This document shows, in pieces, positions 38,501 to 51,900 of a DNA stretch of 64,000 nucleotides; the stretch's first letter is position 1, and the number at the start of each line of letters is the position of its first letter. The stretch is taken from the NCBI GenBank assembly GCA_002633005.1, contig NMRA01000133.1:614627-678626 (forward strand). The letters are read 5' to 3'. This DNA comes from Phoronis australis (lineage: Eukaryota; Animalia; Phoronida). The position numbers and the translations under genes are program-made. Below the pieces are notes generated by a model that ran no database searches, was not told where the DNA came from, and saw only the letters and a list, made by a program, of their open reading frames with translations.

Positions 38501-41500
38501 CCCGGTCACTTCCGTCGTCTCTCCATTCAGTGCAGCCTACCCCCTTCCCGTTTCTTCCACCCCGAACAAACCACTGATAACAGCTTATAGCGTATAACCA
38601 CATTATCAAGAATAGCCACTGAACACTTAAATGTCTAGGTTATGATCATTTGTTTATAATAATTTCGAGGAAATCAGGGGGTTAAATAAAGGGTACACTT
38701 CCTTTTCGAGTACTTGACATAGAAGCTACTGACATGCGTATCTTTTGTCCATTACCTTTTGATTCCAAGGCTTGGGAGATGACGTCTGCTTCGCTTTGCT
38801 TTTGCGGATTTTCGGTAGTATGCGACGCCCGCTCACTGGAGATTTGGAAGCTTTCTGCATTGCTGAAAGATAATAATTCCGATTCATGGAGCTGAGTGGT
38901 CTCCGTAAGTCTAGTAAGGTAGAATGTAATTGTATACTCTCGTTGGGAAATTCAACTTTTACCAATTAAATAAAGTCTTGTACTCGAATTAAATCTGGTC
39001 TGCTGGACAGTACCCCGAAAACTGAACTCCTTGAACTTGAGACTATTGTCCAGCAGAACAAATTTAATTCGAGTACAACGAACTTTCCTGGATGGATCAA
39101 CAACTACATTTTATTATTAATAAGTAAAGACTTGTAACAAGAGCGTTTCGGACGAAAAAAAAATAATACGATTAGTTCTTGCCTTTGCCCGAGTCATTTT
39201 GAAACCTCCACCTTAACGCTGACACAAGGTGGCGCTGGGTAAAAGACAGGATACCGAGCAATTTCAGGTGGCATAAGGTGATTTTTTTCTTTAAAATGAG
39301 CGATAAACAAACGGATATCCCAGCACCGCATCAATTTTCAACAAAAAACATACTACAACCAGTTATGCTATTTTGGCTTCATTAAAACATTGTGCTCGGT
39401 GAAGGGTTAAACATCTGCGTACAATACTATACAACTTGTAGTGATTTGAACCTCTGCAAAATAGCAAATGTAATGGAAACAAAAATATTCTTAAACCACT
39501 AATGTCAGTTAACGGATATGAAATGTCCGCTTTAGTGTGTTAATACGGCAATTAAAACGTGAATCAAAATATGCGCCGTTTTTCCAAAACCGAAACGTTC
39601 ATTTTTATTGACAAGTACGTCAAGGTAAAGCATTGGAGAGTCTATGAAGAAGACATTGCCGCCACTGGCACTAAATTTACCAGCTAATATATTATAGTGC
39701 AAGCAGGTGTAATTCATTATGAGGCGAGTTGAAATGTTTATCATTTTTCTGCGGTGTTTGTACGCGAGTTCATATCGGCGTGGCGAAATGCGGCACGCGT
39801 GAGAACAGATTTTCACATCAACTGGAGTACAGATAACCAAACCGCAAGGTGGAGGGAGGGAGGCGGGGGGGGGGGGGGGGNAGAGAGGCAGGAAGGGAAA
39901 TAAGGGGATGTTATTTCACCATCTTGCCGAACTGGGCAAATCGTCAGAATCACCCCACATCCGTTTGACGGCTAGAGAACTTTATGACGCCACCGTCCAG
40001 GTTAATCGCTTTCAGTCTCCCCTGAATCTAATTTTGTTTTACAGTTGTAGAGTAGTATTTAAGTTACACGTACATCGTAACGACCATTTAGAAATCAGTT
40101 AAACCAAATGCATACAATACCAATGACAATTCGCCAGTACCTTGCAAACCGTAATAAAAATTCCCCAGACCTTTAATACAAGAGTTAGATCGTACACATT
40201 TACCGTGTGTTGCTGCGTTCAATCATTTTGTGATATTCGACTTTAAATAACTGCATTGTAAACACACTGGTACAAAAAACAGCATGCATGCTGGTCCACA
40301 CAGCGACTACCTCGAGGAGCCCAATCTGCACGACAATCAATAGTTGTGTTTTCTTATCTCGCCCGTTTTTATACCAGTGACACAAGGGAAAATACTGACG
40401 GGAGTAACAGTCGTGACTCGGGTCAATGAAAAGTCGAGGGTCATTGAATAAAAAGTCTGCAGTGCAATTTATTGAAAAAATAGCCCTGGGCCAAGTCAAC
40501 CACATGCCCGGCGCTAATATTTGCTCAAGGTTTGCAAACAGTCGTCTTTGTTCAGACTTCTACACTGCCTAGAGCATTCTGATGAGAGACAGACACCAGT
40601 CTTTAATTAATAATTACTATTTTCATTGTAACAATTTCAAGTTTTATTTTTCGGCACGCAAAATGCTGAACTAAAAAATACAAAGATCCAGTCTTTTTCG
40701 TGTAATGCGCCAGTTTTGGATTACTGAAGAATTATGGTTGATCACATGACTGATCACATGCCTGAATTTCTCACATGCATGTATATTGTTCGCCTCTGTA
40801 GGTAAATTAGATGCTACGAACATATCCGAGGTGTTCCGGGTGACCCTAGCCTATCAAAACTAGTGAAGTGCTTTTTCGCTAAAACAGATTTCATTCAATT
40901 AAATTAATTAGTTGTATTATTGAGATGCGCATCCTCTAGCACCATTTAATGGGAGTAACGTACACGAGGAACTTGTAAAGAGGGTCAGCCAATGTGGCCC
41001 CAAGATATCCGGGTTGGCCCTCCGTGTCTAAGAAAGTCAATGATGAAAATAATCGCAAGCCACTTAAGAATCAATTTGTGAGCGAGATCCTTCCTACAGC
41101 CACAGTGCGAACCCATCATCATTATGCAACAAAGTGGTACTAGAGCGGCCTCATGTCATTCACGCATCTCACAATCATGAACAGCAAAGGTGTACAGCAG
41201 GATACGACGCTTGGCCAGTTTTCTAAGCGCACTGGAAAAAATGGGAAACGCGCTCCACCCTTCACTGCACTCGCATTACCACTGATGCTAGGGCGCACCA
41301 GCCATGCTGGGACCATGAGATTGACTTGTAATATCAGATTAATTCATAAAAGCGAATACTTTCAATGTGGAATCCAATGTTCTCATCGGTTTGTGCGTGT
41401 ACGCAAATGACGGTCGTTTCTTTGATTCAAAACCACTTCCGGTTGGATAGTGAAAGCGGTGTATGGTGGCAAGGGCGACCTTGAAAAACAATGTTGCCTT

Positions 41501-43009
41501 TAAAATTATCAAAAACTGATACCAGATCGTTAAAGTCAATTAGTGAATGCTAGTAGCTTTTCGAGAGCAGCAGTTGGGCATGTTTCCCCAAACAGAGGTT
41601 CCACTTGTCACAGTGTCAGTTTTGGGGTATCATTCGCTGATATCCGCGACGAATCTACCGCTGGTGACGTACAAAGGAGCGCACCCTACCGGTGAGCAGT
41701 ATATAGCCTCAAACTTTTTCTTATTTTAGAATCTTATTATTGAGAATATCATCATTCTCAGACTGTATTTACTGGTAGATATTAATGCAAGGAAATTCCT
41801 TCAGGCATCTTTCTATCGATGGCTTTATGACTGCCTTGCATTCACTGACGACTCCTATCTGCAGATCGAAAACAGCCAATAAGTGGTGATAAGTTAATCT
41901 GCTTACTGATTTCACGAATTTACCATTGGTCACAAGACTGTTTTGTGAATGAAATAATAGCAAAAAATGTGATACTATCACACAACACGAGGTGAGAGAG
42001 TGCAAGTCTAACGTAATTGACGTTGACTACCACGGCAATTAGAAACAATAGCTCTAGGTCACACATAAGTGATTTGTCAATCATTACCGATGCTGTCTAG
42101 ACTCTGTATAAGTATCCCATCGTCTTCTTGATCGATCTCCTCCACCGAATTACTCAACAAGCCATGCTCTTTTTTGTGTTTGCTCGTCGTCCATTCATCT
42201 GCACTCCACGATCGAAACAATCGAAATTTACTTCTATCGACTCTCGCATGGTTACTCCTGTGCTCAACCGGTCTATTTTTATTGATTTCGTCGGTTTGTT
42301 TCACACCAAAGGCAATAGTTGTACTATTTACAACATTATTTGAAGACGGTTGTGAAGAGTTTGTGACAATGTTACCATTGACGTACGAATGTGGGTCGTG
42401 GTCAACTGAGTCAATGCATGGCTCTGTACAAGTCTTTCCCTGACTCCCATGTTTGTCATGAGAATTCGTGTCTTCGCTGTTCACGAATAAATGGATATCG
42501 GGAGCAGTTTTGCTTTGTTCGTTTGTCCCAGAATCCCTCGCGTTCACTAAGCGTGGGGTCGGTTTGCAGACATAATGCACATTATTGGACTTCCCAGTAT
42601 TAGGGTCTAATTTAAGCTCGCTGATTTTGTCTAATCTAGAAGTATATTTAAACAAATATCTAGGCGATATCATGCGGTTAATCTTAGCATATCGACTAGC
42701 GTCTTCTTCATCGTCATCAGTGTTAGTACTATGATTATGCGTACCGTTGAAAAAGAGAGATCCAATGCTCGCCTCGCTCCGGGTTCGCGTTGGTGCAGCG
42801 CTGGGCGGATTGTCCGACTTGGATCTCAACAATGAGTGATGGCGTGTATAACCATCAGGTCCAGGCTCCGCGTAATGCACGTGTCTGCAGGCTGATGGGT
42901 CATAACTCCTACATTGTCTTAATTCCGTATGTGATTTACGTTCCGACGGGTGCATACCGACACCGTCCAGTTTTATTCTTTCCCCAGCCTTTGAGTCGGC
43001 GCTGGACAT
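26568..43009 (-). CDS. ARHGAP6: Rho GTPase-activating protein of the ARHGAP6/36 family, 1001 aa. Exons 43009-42088, 38862-38756, 37714-37558, 37233-37099, 35518-35374, 35030-34964, 33088-32896, 32176-31970, 30877-30726, 30360-30184, 29617-29529, 27222-26568
   Basis: Eleven GT-AG introns, all phase-compatible; 3006 nt CDS. Family motifs: [48 protein letters not shown] (Arg finger present), [50 protein letters not shown]. The C-terminus WQQNRWEQW...ETLV resembles the ARHGAP6 end. Exon 1 is the least certain. Confidence 0.92.
27376..29011. repeat. Direct duplication across NNNN at 28188-28191 (27376-28187 ~ 28192-29011), in the last RhoGAP intron
   Basis: Near-identical ~810-bp copies abutting the gap on both sides. 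Confidence 0.92.
27860..28102. mobile_element. Small GC-ended MITE-like element; duplicate ~28683-28926, relative at ~54740-54888
   Basis: Shared 'tgcgcg..cc..gcctaa.atgtaggg..ctcgaattttt..gtggacctt.ttactaa.aaaa' and 'cgag.cccccctgggtgc.cgcat'. Confidence 0.55.
29197..29268. repeat. 39-bp-period tandem duplication
   Basis: aaaacctacgttgtcaatatggcataaagaa occurs twice. Confidence 0.85.
38978..39078. repeat. Inverted repeat with 32-bp arms (2 mismatches) and a 37-nt loop
   Basis: ttgtactcgaattaaatctggtctgctggaca / tgtccagcagaacaaatttaattcgagtacaa. Confidence 0.85.
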
Positions 43010-45754
43010 TTCGGGTTTCTTGTTGCCCACAAAACCATTAACAACTCTCTTCAGATTCACAGCTGTTGGCGTAGATTTTACGTTCTTAGTTATCCTTGAA
43101 CTCCATGCGAGGACGCTTCACAATAGTTGATAATCCACACCATTTCAATTCTGCCTCATTCCTAAACTGACCTCGCACTACTACTCCTCAAATATCGCTC
43201 ATCCCTGGGTATCAGCTGTCGTCTGAAGGTGCTTGTAATATATCCAGGAAAAATGATATGCGAGTGTGGTAATGGCGAGCGCCATACTTGCGCGCGTAAG
43301 TTTAAATGTCTCAATGTCGAGAGCTCCGGGTAATCAATACCGGGCTATCTCGGACAGTCCATTTCTGCGGGGGATGAGGTGTTGATCCTCATTGGGTTAT
43401 TTGTTAAGCTAGTTGTTATTAGGCGTTTAATTACACAATTGCCTATCCTAAGCTCTGTGCTATTTCATTCATTAATACTCATGCCCCATTTACAACAGTG
43501 TATAATGGACGGACAATATACATAAATCTTATTTACATTCGCGTGTCGTTGAGCAGTCTGTTAGGGACTGCGTTCCGTCTGCGTGTGTAGTGACAGGCGC
43601 GATTGAATGCCTGACCAAAATGTTTACAATACCACGGCCTGGATACATGAATACCTCATGCATGAGCTGCATTCTTTTGGGGCACTAAAAAGTGAAGTAC
43701 AACGTTTGTGACGAAGCGAATGTCACCATTAGACAAATATAACATGTGTATCAGACGCCTAAGAAATGGGGGCTTAAGTTGAATAAGGTGAAATTCTGAT
43801 TATTTATTTACTATGGATTATTCTAGATAAAATCTAGTGAAAGCTCGTGCATATAACATAACATAGGGTGTAAATCCGACCATAGAATTTGAGTTAGAAC
43901 CTATACAGCAAAACGTCTTTAATATTTTGTTTCCCAACCGAGTGAGGACATATTTTTATGGTACGATACCTACATACATATCTTTGCATGTTCTTAAATT
44001 TTGTCGGTGGATATTCTTTCTAAAACGATTTCACACTTCTACCCACTAAACATTGAATGAAAATTCGTGTAGAGGCTTTCTAATGTGAAAAGAGATCTTA
44101 ATAAAAAACATATATGCGTTGCATGAGTGATAGGCCTAGACGCCCGCAAGCTACGTTGTTCTATTAACCTACCTCCCTTAATAATTTACTCATTGGATGA
44201 TGGTTGCTATACGTATTAAATCGCGTAAATGAGACCCAGACATCAGGGGTTCATTCATGAAAAGTGACTTCAGACTTAAATCAGAAATTTCGTCTTATGC
44301 TCCGCACGACTGTTTCTGAAAAATAATTCCAGCTCTCTTTGCAAAGGTTCAAGGTCACTGAAAACTGTGCATAATTGATAGCTGCTCTGGAAAATCTCGT
44401 AAATTATTTCTTAACTGTGATGAAGTAACAGAAGCATGCCAAATATTTTCTTCCGTAACTGTGACGTCAGAGTATAAAGTCATCTTACGTTTTTAATTAC
44501 TTTTTATGGAACAGGCCCACATGACGTCAAAACCTGAGGAGCACGCTAGGACCTCGCTAAAATCTAGCCAAAATCACGTGCTCTCATTTATAATACACGA
44601 CAATATCTCACGTAATCTCACGAAGTCTAACTTTTTAGCGAGATCCTAGCGTTACTAAATTCTACCTTGGTTGTGTACATGCGCAAGACCCTATCATTGG
44701 AATCTTGCTGAAATCGTTCAGCATCGGAAAGCCCGACCGGGGGCACTACAATACAGTTTAGACAATCAAGAACACCAGCTTTTAACAACGGCCCCCAAAA
44801 GTGAACTGGCATCTTTTTAACAATCCTTAGAAGTACACCCCTGCTAAGCTCAATGGATTTCTCTTAGCCATGGTGAAGTTCAAATGAATGTTACGCATTC
44901 TTGAAATCTTGCACGAAGCCCCTGACTGATGTGATGGTCGCGAGCACATTTACGTTACCAGCTGAAAAAGCCACTGAATTTGAGGGTCGTGTTTACTTTA
45001 AATCTAGCATGCCAAAATAGTTATGGCCATAAAAATGGTGAAATTATGTAAACCGTAACTTTAGATCAGCGGGTAATTATTTTAATACCTGCATCTTTTT
45101 CTCGTCTTCCGATGAGAAATTGTTTAGGGTAAGAAGCAAGAAAATACAGGATTATCTCTCGCTGTGAATCGAGCCGGCAAAGTAAAGATAGCAAAAGCAT
45201 TAACCTCCTACTTTGCTCGGATAATTTAAAACGGGAAGGACCTCACATGACTTATTCCGTGATACTCAACATTGATGCCATTGCCTTACTCGTTGTTTAA
45301 TAACTGGTTACGGTAATGAAGTTAAACCCTCAATGATCGCCATGCCTATTTTCACATAAGTGTTAAATAAAAGATAGTTTGAAATGATGAAACATAGCTT
45401 AGTGGTCAATATGTTGTTCCGCTTGTTATTCCGATCACGTGCGGTGATGAAATTGGTGCGTATAACTTCCCATACAACGGTGACTTGGGGTATGTTTTTT
45501 CCATGCAGTGTCCAGCTTAGGCTCCGCTAATACCTAGACTATCATTTAGTTAATCAGCAATTAAAGGTAATTGTTTTAGCAGGGAGTGGTTCGTCATCTA
45601 CGGTTTGTAAACAAGAACGAATTTGAAAAACTAGAGCATTTTTCGATGACAAGTTGTTTGCAGTTGTAAGAGGTTTGTACTTATTGCTACGAGATGGCGG
45701 CACAAGCATAAATAATCTACCCATGAAAATTGAAAACTACTCGCAGTCCTCGTA

Positions 45755-45919
45755 ATGACAATGCAACAGTCGTTTGATAGTAAATTTGATTTTAGTTAGG
45801 CATAGTAAAACAACTTTCATTTTTACAGCTTACGTGTATGACAATGATACAGTCGTTTGATAGTAAATTTGATTTTAGTTAGATATAGTAAAACACCTTT
45901 CATTTATACAACTTACGTG
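45755..45919. repeat. ~83-bp tandem duplication
   Basis: atgacaatg..acagtcgtttgatagtaaatttgattttagttag..atagtaaaaca..cttacgtg occurs twice. Confidence 0.85.
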
Positions 45920-48591
45920 ATAAATCTACTGACACGTTTTTAATCTCAAAGCGGTATTTCGCCCAGTTTAGTTGGATAAAAAAATAAAAATGGAATAAGA
46001 CCTTTTTATTGTCGCAACATCGTTCTCATAATATCACTTCCAGTGACAGAATTTGATTTTCGTTTCGTACACGATTATTGGAACAATCAGCGATTCAAAT
46101 TCTAAAACGGCACTTGAACAAATAAGTAGATATGGAATCACATCACGCTGAGGAATATCAGACCGATTTTATTCGAAGTAAAATGTCTTTGGCCAGCTAA
46201 ACGGGACGAAATTCAACTTCAAAGCGGCAATAAATTCGTTAAATATAATAAATTTACACCAATTTCCGTTATAAAATTGGTCTCAAATTGTTCAATAATC
46301 AAATAAGGAATGATTTCCAGGTTATGGGAGAAATGACAGCTCGGTAGGGCTACCTACACTACAATCTCGCTAAAAAGCAAGACTTCGCGAGATTGCGCGA
46401 GATATTGCCGTACAACTTAAATGAGAACACGCGATTTTGGCTAGATTTTTCTAGTCGCGAGACAGCTATAACTGAACATTACTATACCTAGGTCTCGAGT
46501 AATAATTAACCGCTGGTGTTTGTCCAGCTAAGGAATCGTCTTTAATATCCGTGTCAAATAACACGTATGTACCAGGTTTATAGCGATAGGTGGTCTAAAC
46601 CAAAAGTTTGTAGTTGACAGGAGGCCGTGTTATAGCCGCTTTAACTAGAAAAAGGCAGAAACATAAGATATGAGTCGAAAAAATAAAAATAACTGATGCT
46701 GAAACATCACAGTAGCTTCAATACATTTATGTGCACATAAAGTAGACACACTCACTCTCGAGGAATATAAAGGTGTCGCCAAACATTTGCCTGGATGGTA
46801 AAGGAAAAGGCAACCGTTTTTAGATTCATTTTGAGTTAATTACGAAGCCTTGAGTCACTACTAGACTGGCAGCCCTGAACACTTAGCATATCTGAAAGAG
46901 GCATCAACATAAGACCACATCACCACTTAGAGTGCACCTCAGTATGAAAAAAATGGATGTCTGCCGGTTTCTGCACCCTGAATGTGATCCTGGTTCCTTA
47001 TAAAGGGGCCGGAAATTGAGCTAGATTAGATACTCGAGGTACTACCCAAAACTGATTTAAATTGAACAATCGCGATGCATTGCGCATCGAATGACCCATT
47101 ACAGAAAAATTGTACTCTGGAAATGGCCCGCCGGAAACTAAAAATGACCCCTAAAAGCTGCGCTAGCTTAAACATTCGAGGTGCCAAAAAAACAATTCTA
47201 TGTGATAAAGACTATGCCAATGACTGTTTAAGTTTACGACACACAATAAACACTGTGGATTGGGCCTGCCAGAAACCCCACGAAATGTCACCCATGGATA
47301 GCTTTGGTATAAAACTGAAAATAGTCATACAGTTTTGGAACGATCTGGGAAAAAAGCCGCCTAAAATTTAGCGCAAAATCTAGACTCTTCCTAGAATAAA
47401 TTAATTTAGTTATCGGTGCTAAAATTGCCGTTTAATCGTTATTCTGTTACTAAATTTGTAAAGCGATCCCATACTTTGGCTTTCAGCGTCATTAAAGCGC
47501 CACCTATTGGCCAATTTCCTTGTTAGCCTATTCTTCAATCAATTGTCATTTTTCCACAAGGTTGCGTACACTTCACGGCAAATCATCAGAATAGGTTTCA
47601 CTTCGTTACGAGTTTTTAATATTTTACAACCAGCAAGTCATATTGCGAAAGCTGTCCTTTTTCGGGAGATGATGACAGCCTCGCCGAATCAACTAAATTC
47701 AAGTCCCGGACAAGCAGACACCAAGCCCGTGGTACAAATCTCCTAATTTGCACCCCTTAACTCCCTACGCATACCCAAAATGCTCCTTACACGATGATCG
47801 AATTCCAGTCCCGGAAAGAGGTTATAATTTTGAAGAAATTTCCGCAAGTGGCGGTGAGTTTCGAATACCGTTGGTCATGCCAACATGTTTCGTTTATTCA
47901 ATCTGTTTCTCTGTCAAAGCGATAACTTCAACAAGTGATTTAAACCACTAGACTTCAAGACCTCTTACTTCCTGATAGCTATATTATAACACTGCACAGT
48001 GAACTTAGCCACAAACAGACAGTTCTGAAATTCAAACTACAATCAGCTAAGTTTGAAAGTGCGATGAACATCTACTCCAAAATTTGGCTTTAAATTGCGT
48101 CTTGTATTCTGTAGAGACAACTGTAGTATGTAAAAGTGTTTAAAAGTTCCATGAGACGAGCATGTGCTCACAGGGTCGCTCTAAGATTTGTCATCTCTGC
48201 TGGTGTACAATATAACAAGAATTGTTATCAAGGTTCGAATTATTTGTTTCAAGCCCATGAAAAGCTTTATTCTTGGGTTTTGTCACAAGCTTCGAAATTT
48301 ACAAAAATATGCTTGTGAGACTAAAATTTTACGTCGTAGCCTCCGTCATATCAGTGTTACGAGAGTTGGGGCCTAGTCACATGTGTGTCGAAGACACATT
48401 GAATAGTGTAATTGACAATATGTGTGGCAATCAAAATGAGTTTAAGGGGCAACTTTTCCACAAAAACATGTTTGCTAACCTTATAAACAAGAAGCCATTA
48501 TTTGACTGACAGGTCGTGTTTCTGACAACTTTTTAATTTTTTTAAGGTTGATGCTGTAATAATAAGGCAAATCATAGATGACGGTAAAGGG

Positions 48592-48925
48592 GTGCGTATG
48601 AATATCTAAGCTGTGTGTATGAATATCCAAGTCGTGCGTATGAATATCCAAGCTGTGCGTATGAATATCCAAGCGGTGCGTATGAATATCCAAGCGATGC
48701 GTATGAATATCCAAGCTGTGCGTATGAATATCCAAGCGATGCGTATGAATATCCAAGAGGTGCGTCTAAATATCCAAGTTGTGCGTATGAATATCCAAGC
48801 GGTATGTATGAATATCCAAGCTGTACGTATGAATATCCAAGCAGTGCGTATGAATATCCAAGCGGTGCGTATGAATATCCAAGCGATGCGTATGCATATC
48901 CAAGCTATGCGTATGAATATCCAAG
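48592..48925. repeat. 21-bp minisatellite (gtgcgtatgaatatccaagcN), ~16 copies, truncated by an N gap
   Basis: Directly visible period-21 array; explains the repetitive ORFs at 48481-49026. Confidence 0.95.
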
Positions 48926-51900
48926 NAGGAGCAATAAGCACAGAATTTTCACTCATAGTCTATGCAAATTGTCGATACACCCGCCTCCAAAGTAGCTCCA
49001 TTAAATTCACTGACTGTGGTGAGTGAAAATATCAAAATAATCTACTTGCAGTGCTCGCTAAGGAAGTTACAAGAAAGATGGAATTTTGCATCATGGCGGA
49101 CTTATGACAAGGAAGTTGTAGTCAGGAAAGGGCGTCTTCTGTTATGGGTAACTCGAATACCAAATTCAGTTCAAAATTACAACAGTATTCCCTATGTGAG
49201 GTATTTTGGGGTTCCTGTCGGCCCAACCCAGAGACCATTTTCTGTCATAGGCTACTTAGTAGCCAATGGCATGTACAGAATCATATGGAATTGGTTTCCT
49301 GTTTGAGCTAGCTCAATTTTGCTGGGTCCTCCTGCAGTTTCTGGCGTGACCTTTAAAGTGCAATTTCTCTGTAATGGGTCATTGCGCAGTGCGGCATGAT
49401 TGTTCTTTTATAATTCAGTTTTGGCCGTTACCTCAAATATCAAATAAGCTCAAAATTTGACCACCTCGAAAGGGCCCTCGGGACCACACCCAGAGTGCAG
49501 ACACCGGCAAACATCCATTTCTGACATAGTGGGATGCGCTCTAAGTGCCCCTGTGGTCAGCCATGGGTACGTCGTTCAGCCATGTTACCAGCTTGAGGCC
49601 GCAGGTCCAGCGCTTTACGGTTTGAAAACGCCCGCCGGTGGCGATGGTGCAGAGAAGGGCAAAACCGACGCTATGACAGCTTTCTTCAGAACATGTTCAG
49701 CAGGCACCTGCATGCTCTCTGCAAACAAGTTTTTTTAGTCACGTGACGGTATTTAATGTCCGTCGCACACACGATAGTTTTGCACCACTTTAAATGTGGC
49801 GTGAACGGGCAACGTTCTGACTCGAACTAAACTGGTCCCGGTCTCCCGTCTTGCCTGCCGCATCTTGGCGTGGCTGCTACGAACGAGCTAACTCCTGCAG
49901 ATCTTGCTATCCACTGGAAATCGGTGAAGACGGAACCCATATACTTTTCGAGACTTAATTCCGGTGCGTGCATCGCAGTACACAACTTTTAGACGTGCTG
50001 AATAAGAATCTGAGGTACGCAAGTTTGTGACAAGCTAACGTACTCAATGATGCACCGGATGTCAAACACAGTTCCAAGTACGTATGTGCCATGTGAACTC
50101 ATAACCAACTACACGTTATAACTAACTAAGCTGGCGACGAACGATTCGGGCCGCAAGCGTCATTTCCGAAGTGACACATGCATAACTAATTAAAGCCCTG
50201 GGCATTTAATTAACCCGAAAACTTGTCTAAGATAATCCGAAAACCGTAATTTAACCAAAACTAAAACTAGCAACGGTTCCCTTCCATTGTAACCCCGTCG
50301 TTTCAACATATTTGTAATTAGGCTACAGCACAGGCCCGTCAACAAAGAGTACCGCGAAGTGCCAAGTGCGTGCATCTTGCCTTGGAGGGCAGGCTAAACA
50401 GCGAATTATCTGTTTCACTCACTGAGCGGGTGCGTGCTAGTATATGTCTATGCATCATCCATTCGTAGTGCATTTGGTGTCCCAAGTTTATAGAATTGGA
50501 AAATGAAGTCAGAAACAAATTGGAAATGGCGAAAATGGGTTCAGTGCTGGCAGGCAGGTAATTGTGAGGATGTTGAAATACAGCGATACGATATAGAATG
50601 CTTGTAATGTCGGTCACTTCTGCTGTTCATCAGGTGAACTATTCAAAGTACTTGGGAATTTGTTCAGCGCCGCTGATTTGCACCTGCCGAAGCCAAGCCT
50701 GAAAAATCAGCAGAACTGACTTGTAGTCTCGCTTGCTGCTTTTGACCTCGTGTGATGAGTGGCAGTTAACGTGATGTAGTTTATGCAGTCTTCTATTGGT
50801 CATTTTGTGTAGTATGTACACACACACACTTCGACTAGACGGTTTCGTGTCAGTATGAGCAACCAACACGCATCCGTCTGAGAATTACATAATAGAAAAC
50901 TAATACCCAGAAAATCTCAAAACTGGAAGAAGTTACTTACTTTGATCCGTCCGAAGGGTCATACTATATCCCATTGACTCCGTATTGTCAATTTCTTGCG
51001 AATTAGATCCAAGTATTACGCCATTGTAGTTAAACAGTATTTCGACGATCAGAACTACGTATACATGGATGCCGCTTTCGCCTGGCTCTTCTGTCGGCTC
51101 ATGTTACATTCCTTCAGACAACCAGGTCATTAGCTGATCGAATTTGTTTCGGATTCTTTCTACTATCAGTGTATCTGCAGACAAAACATTTTGTCTGGAA
51201 ACAAAACAAATTGTACTGTGACAGACGGGGTATGTTTAATAGGGACGCACTAATTAACTCCATTGAAATTCGTGTACATATCTGATATATCAGCCTTTGG
51301 CAGATGTCAGGCAAGACATATAAGGAAGTTCGTCGTGTATTTCAAAGAGAACCAGGATGCGAGAATGTAAATCTACATTCTACTTTACACTTGGCGTTTC
51401 AAACGTTGCGATAAAATTAAAATCATTATGATAGGCGAGCAATTTTCAAAAATTTGTTCAGAAATAAGATAGAGTTTACATTTTCTGCAAAAGTTTCACC
51501 ACCTTTAAAGAATCCGACATTATCGTATCGAATTCGTGTTCCATAACCATAGAAACCAACTGGCAAGACAACATAATGTACTGTTCATTCCTTTTCTAGC
51601 TGTTCTCGCTGAAACTGTGATCTTCCGTGTTAAATTGATGGCTTATAGTCCCAACAGCTACGCCGGATTTTATGGGTTATTCTTCATTGCAGGGTTAGTG
51701 AATCACATCACCAGACAAGCTTTCTTCTGGAGATTTCTGCGTGTACGAAAAACAACGCTGTAGGGAACAAATGATGAGGAAGCGATGGTTAAACGGCGCC
51801 ATTTTGAAATTAGAATGGGTAGCGTTCCTAGCGGTTTGGTGTGCAGTGTTTACGGCTTACTGTCTCAAAACCGGCCAAGCTGGGCACAAATCACAGTTCG

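Noticed and set aside
40579-40610. Hammerhead (CTGATGA-GAGAC..GTCTT)
   Set aside because: The required GAAA after stem II is absent.
48481-49026. Repetitive ORFs or CRISPR-like array
   Set aside because: Products of a 21-bp minisatellite with only point variation; crosses an N gap.
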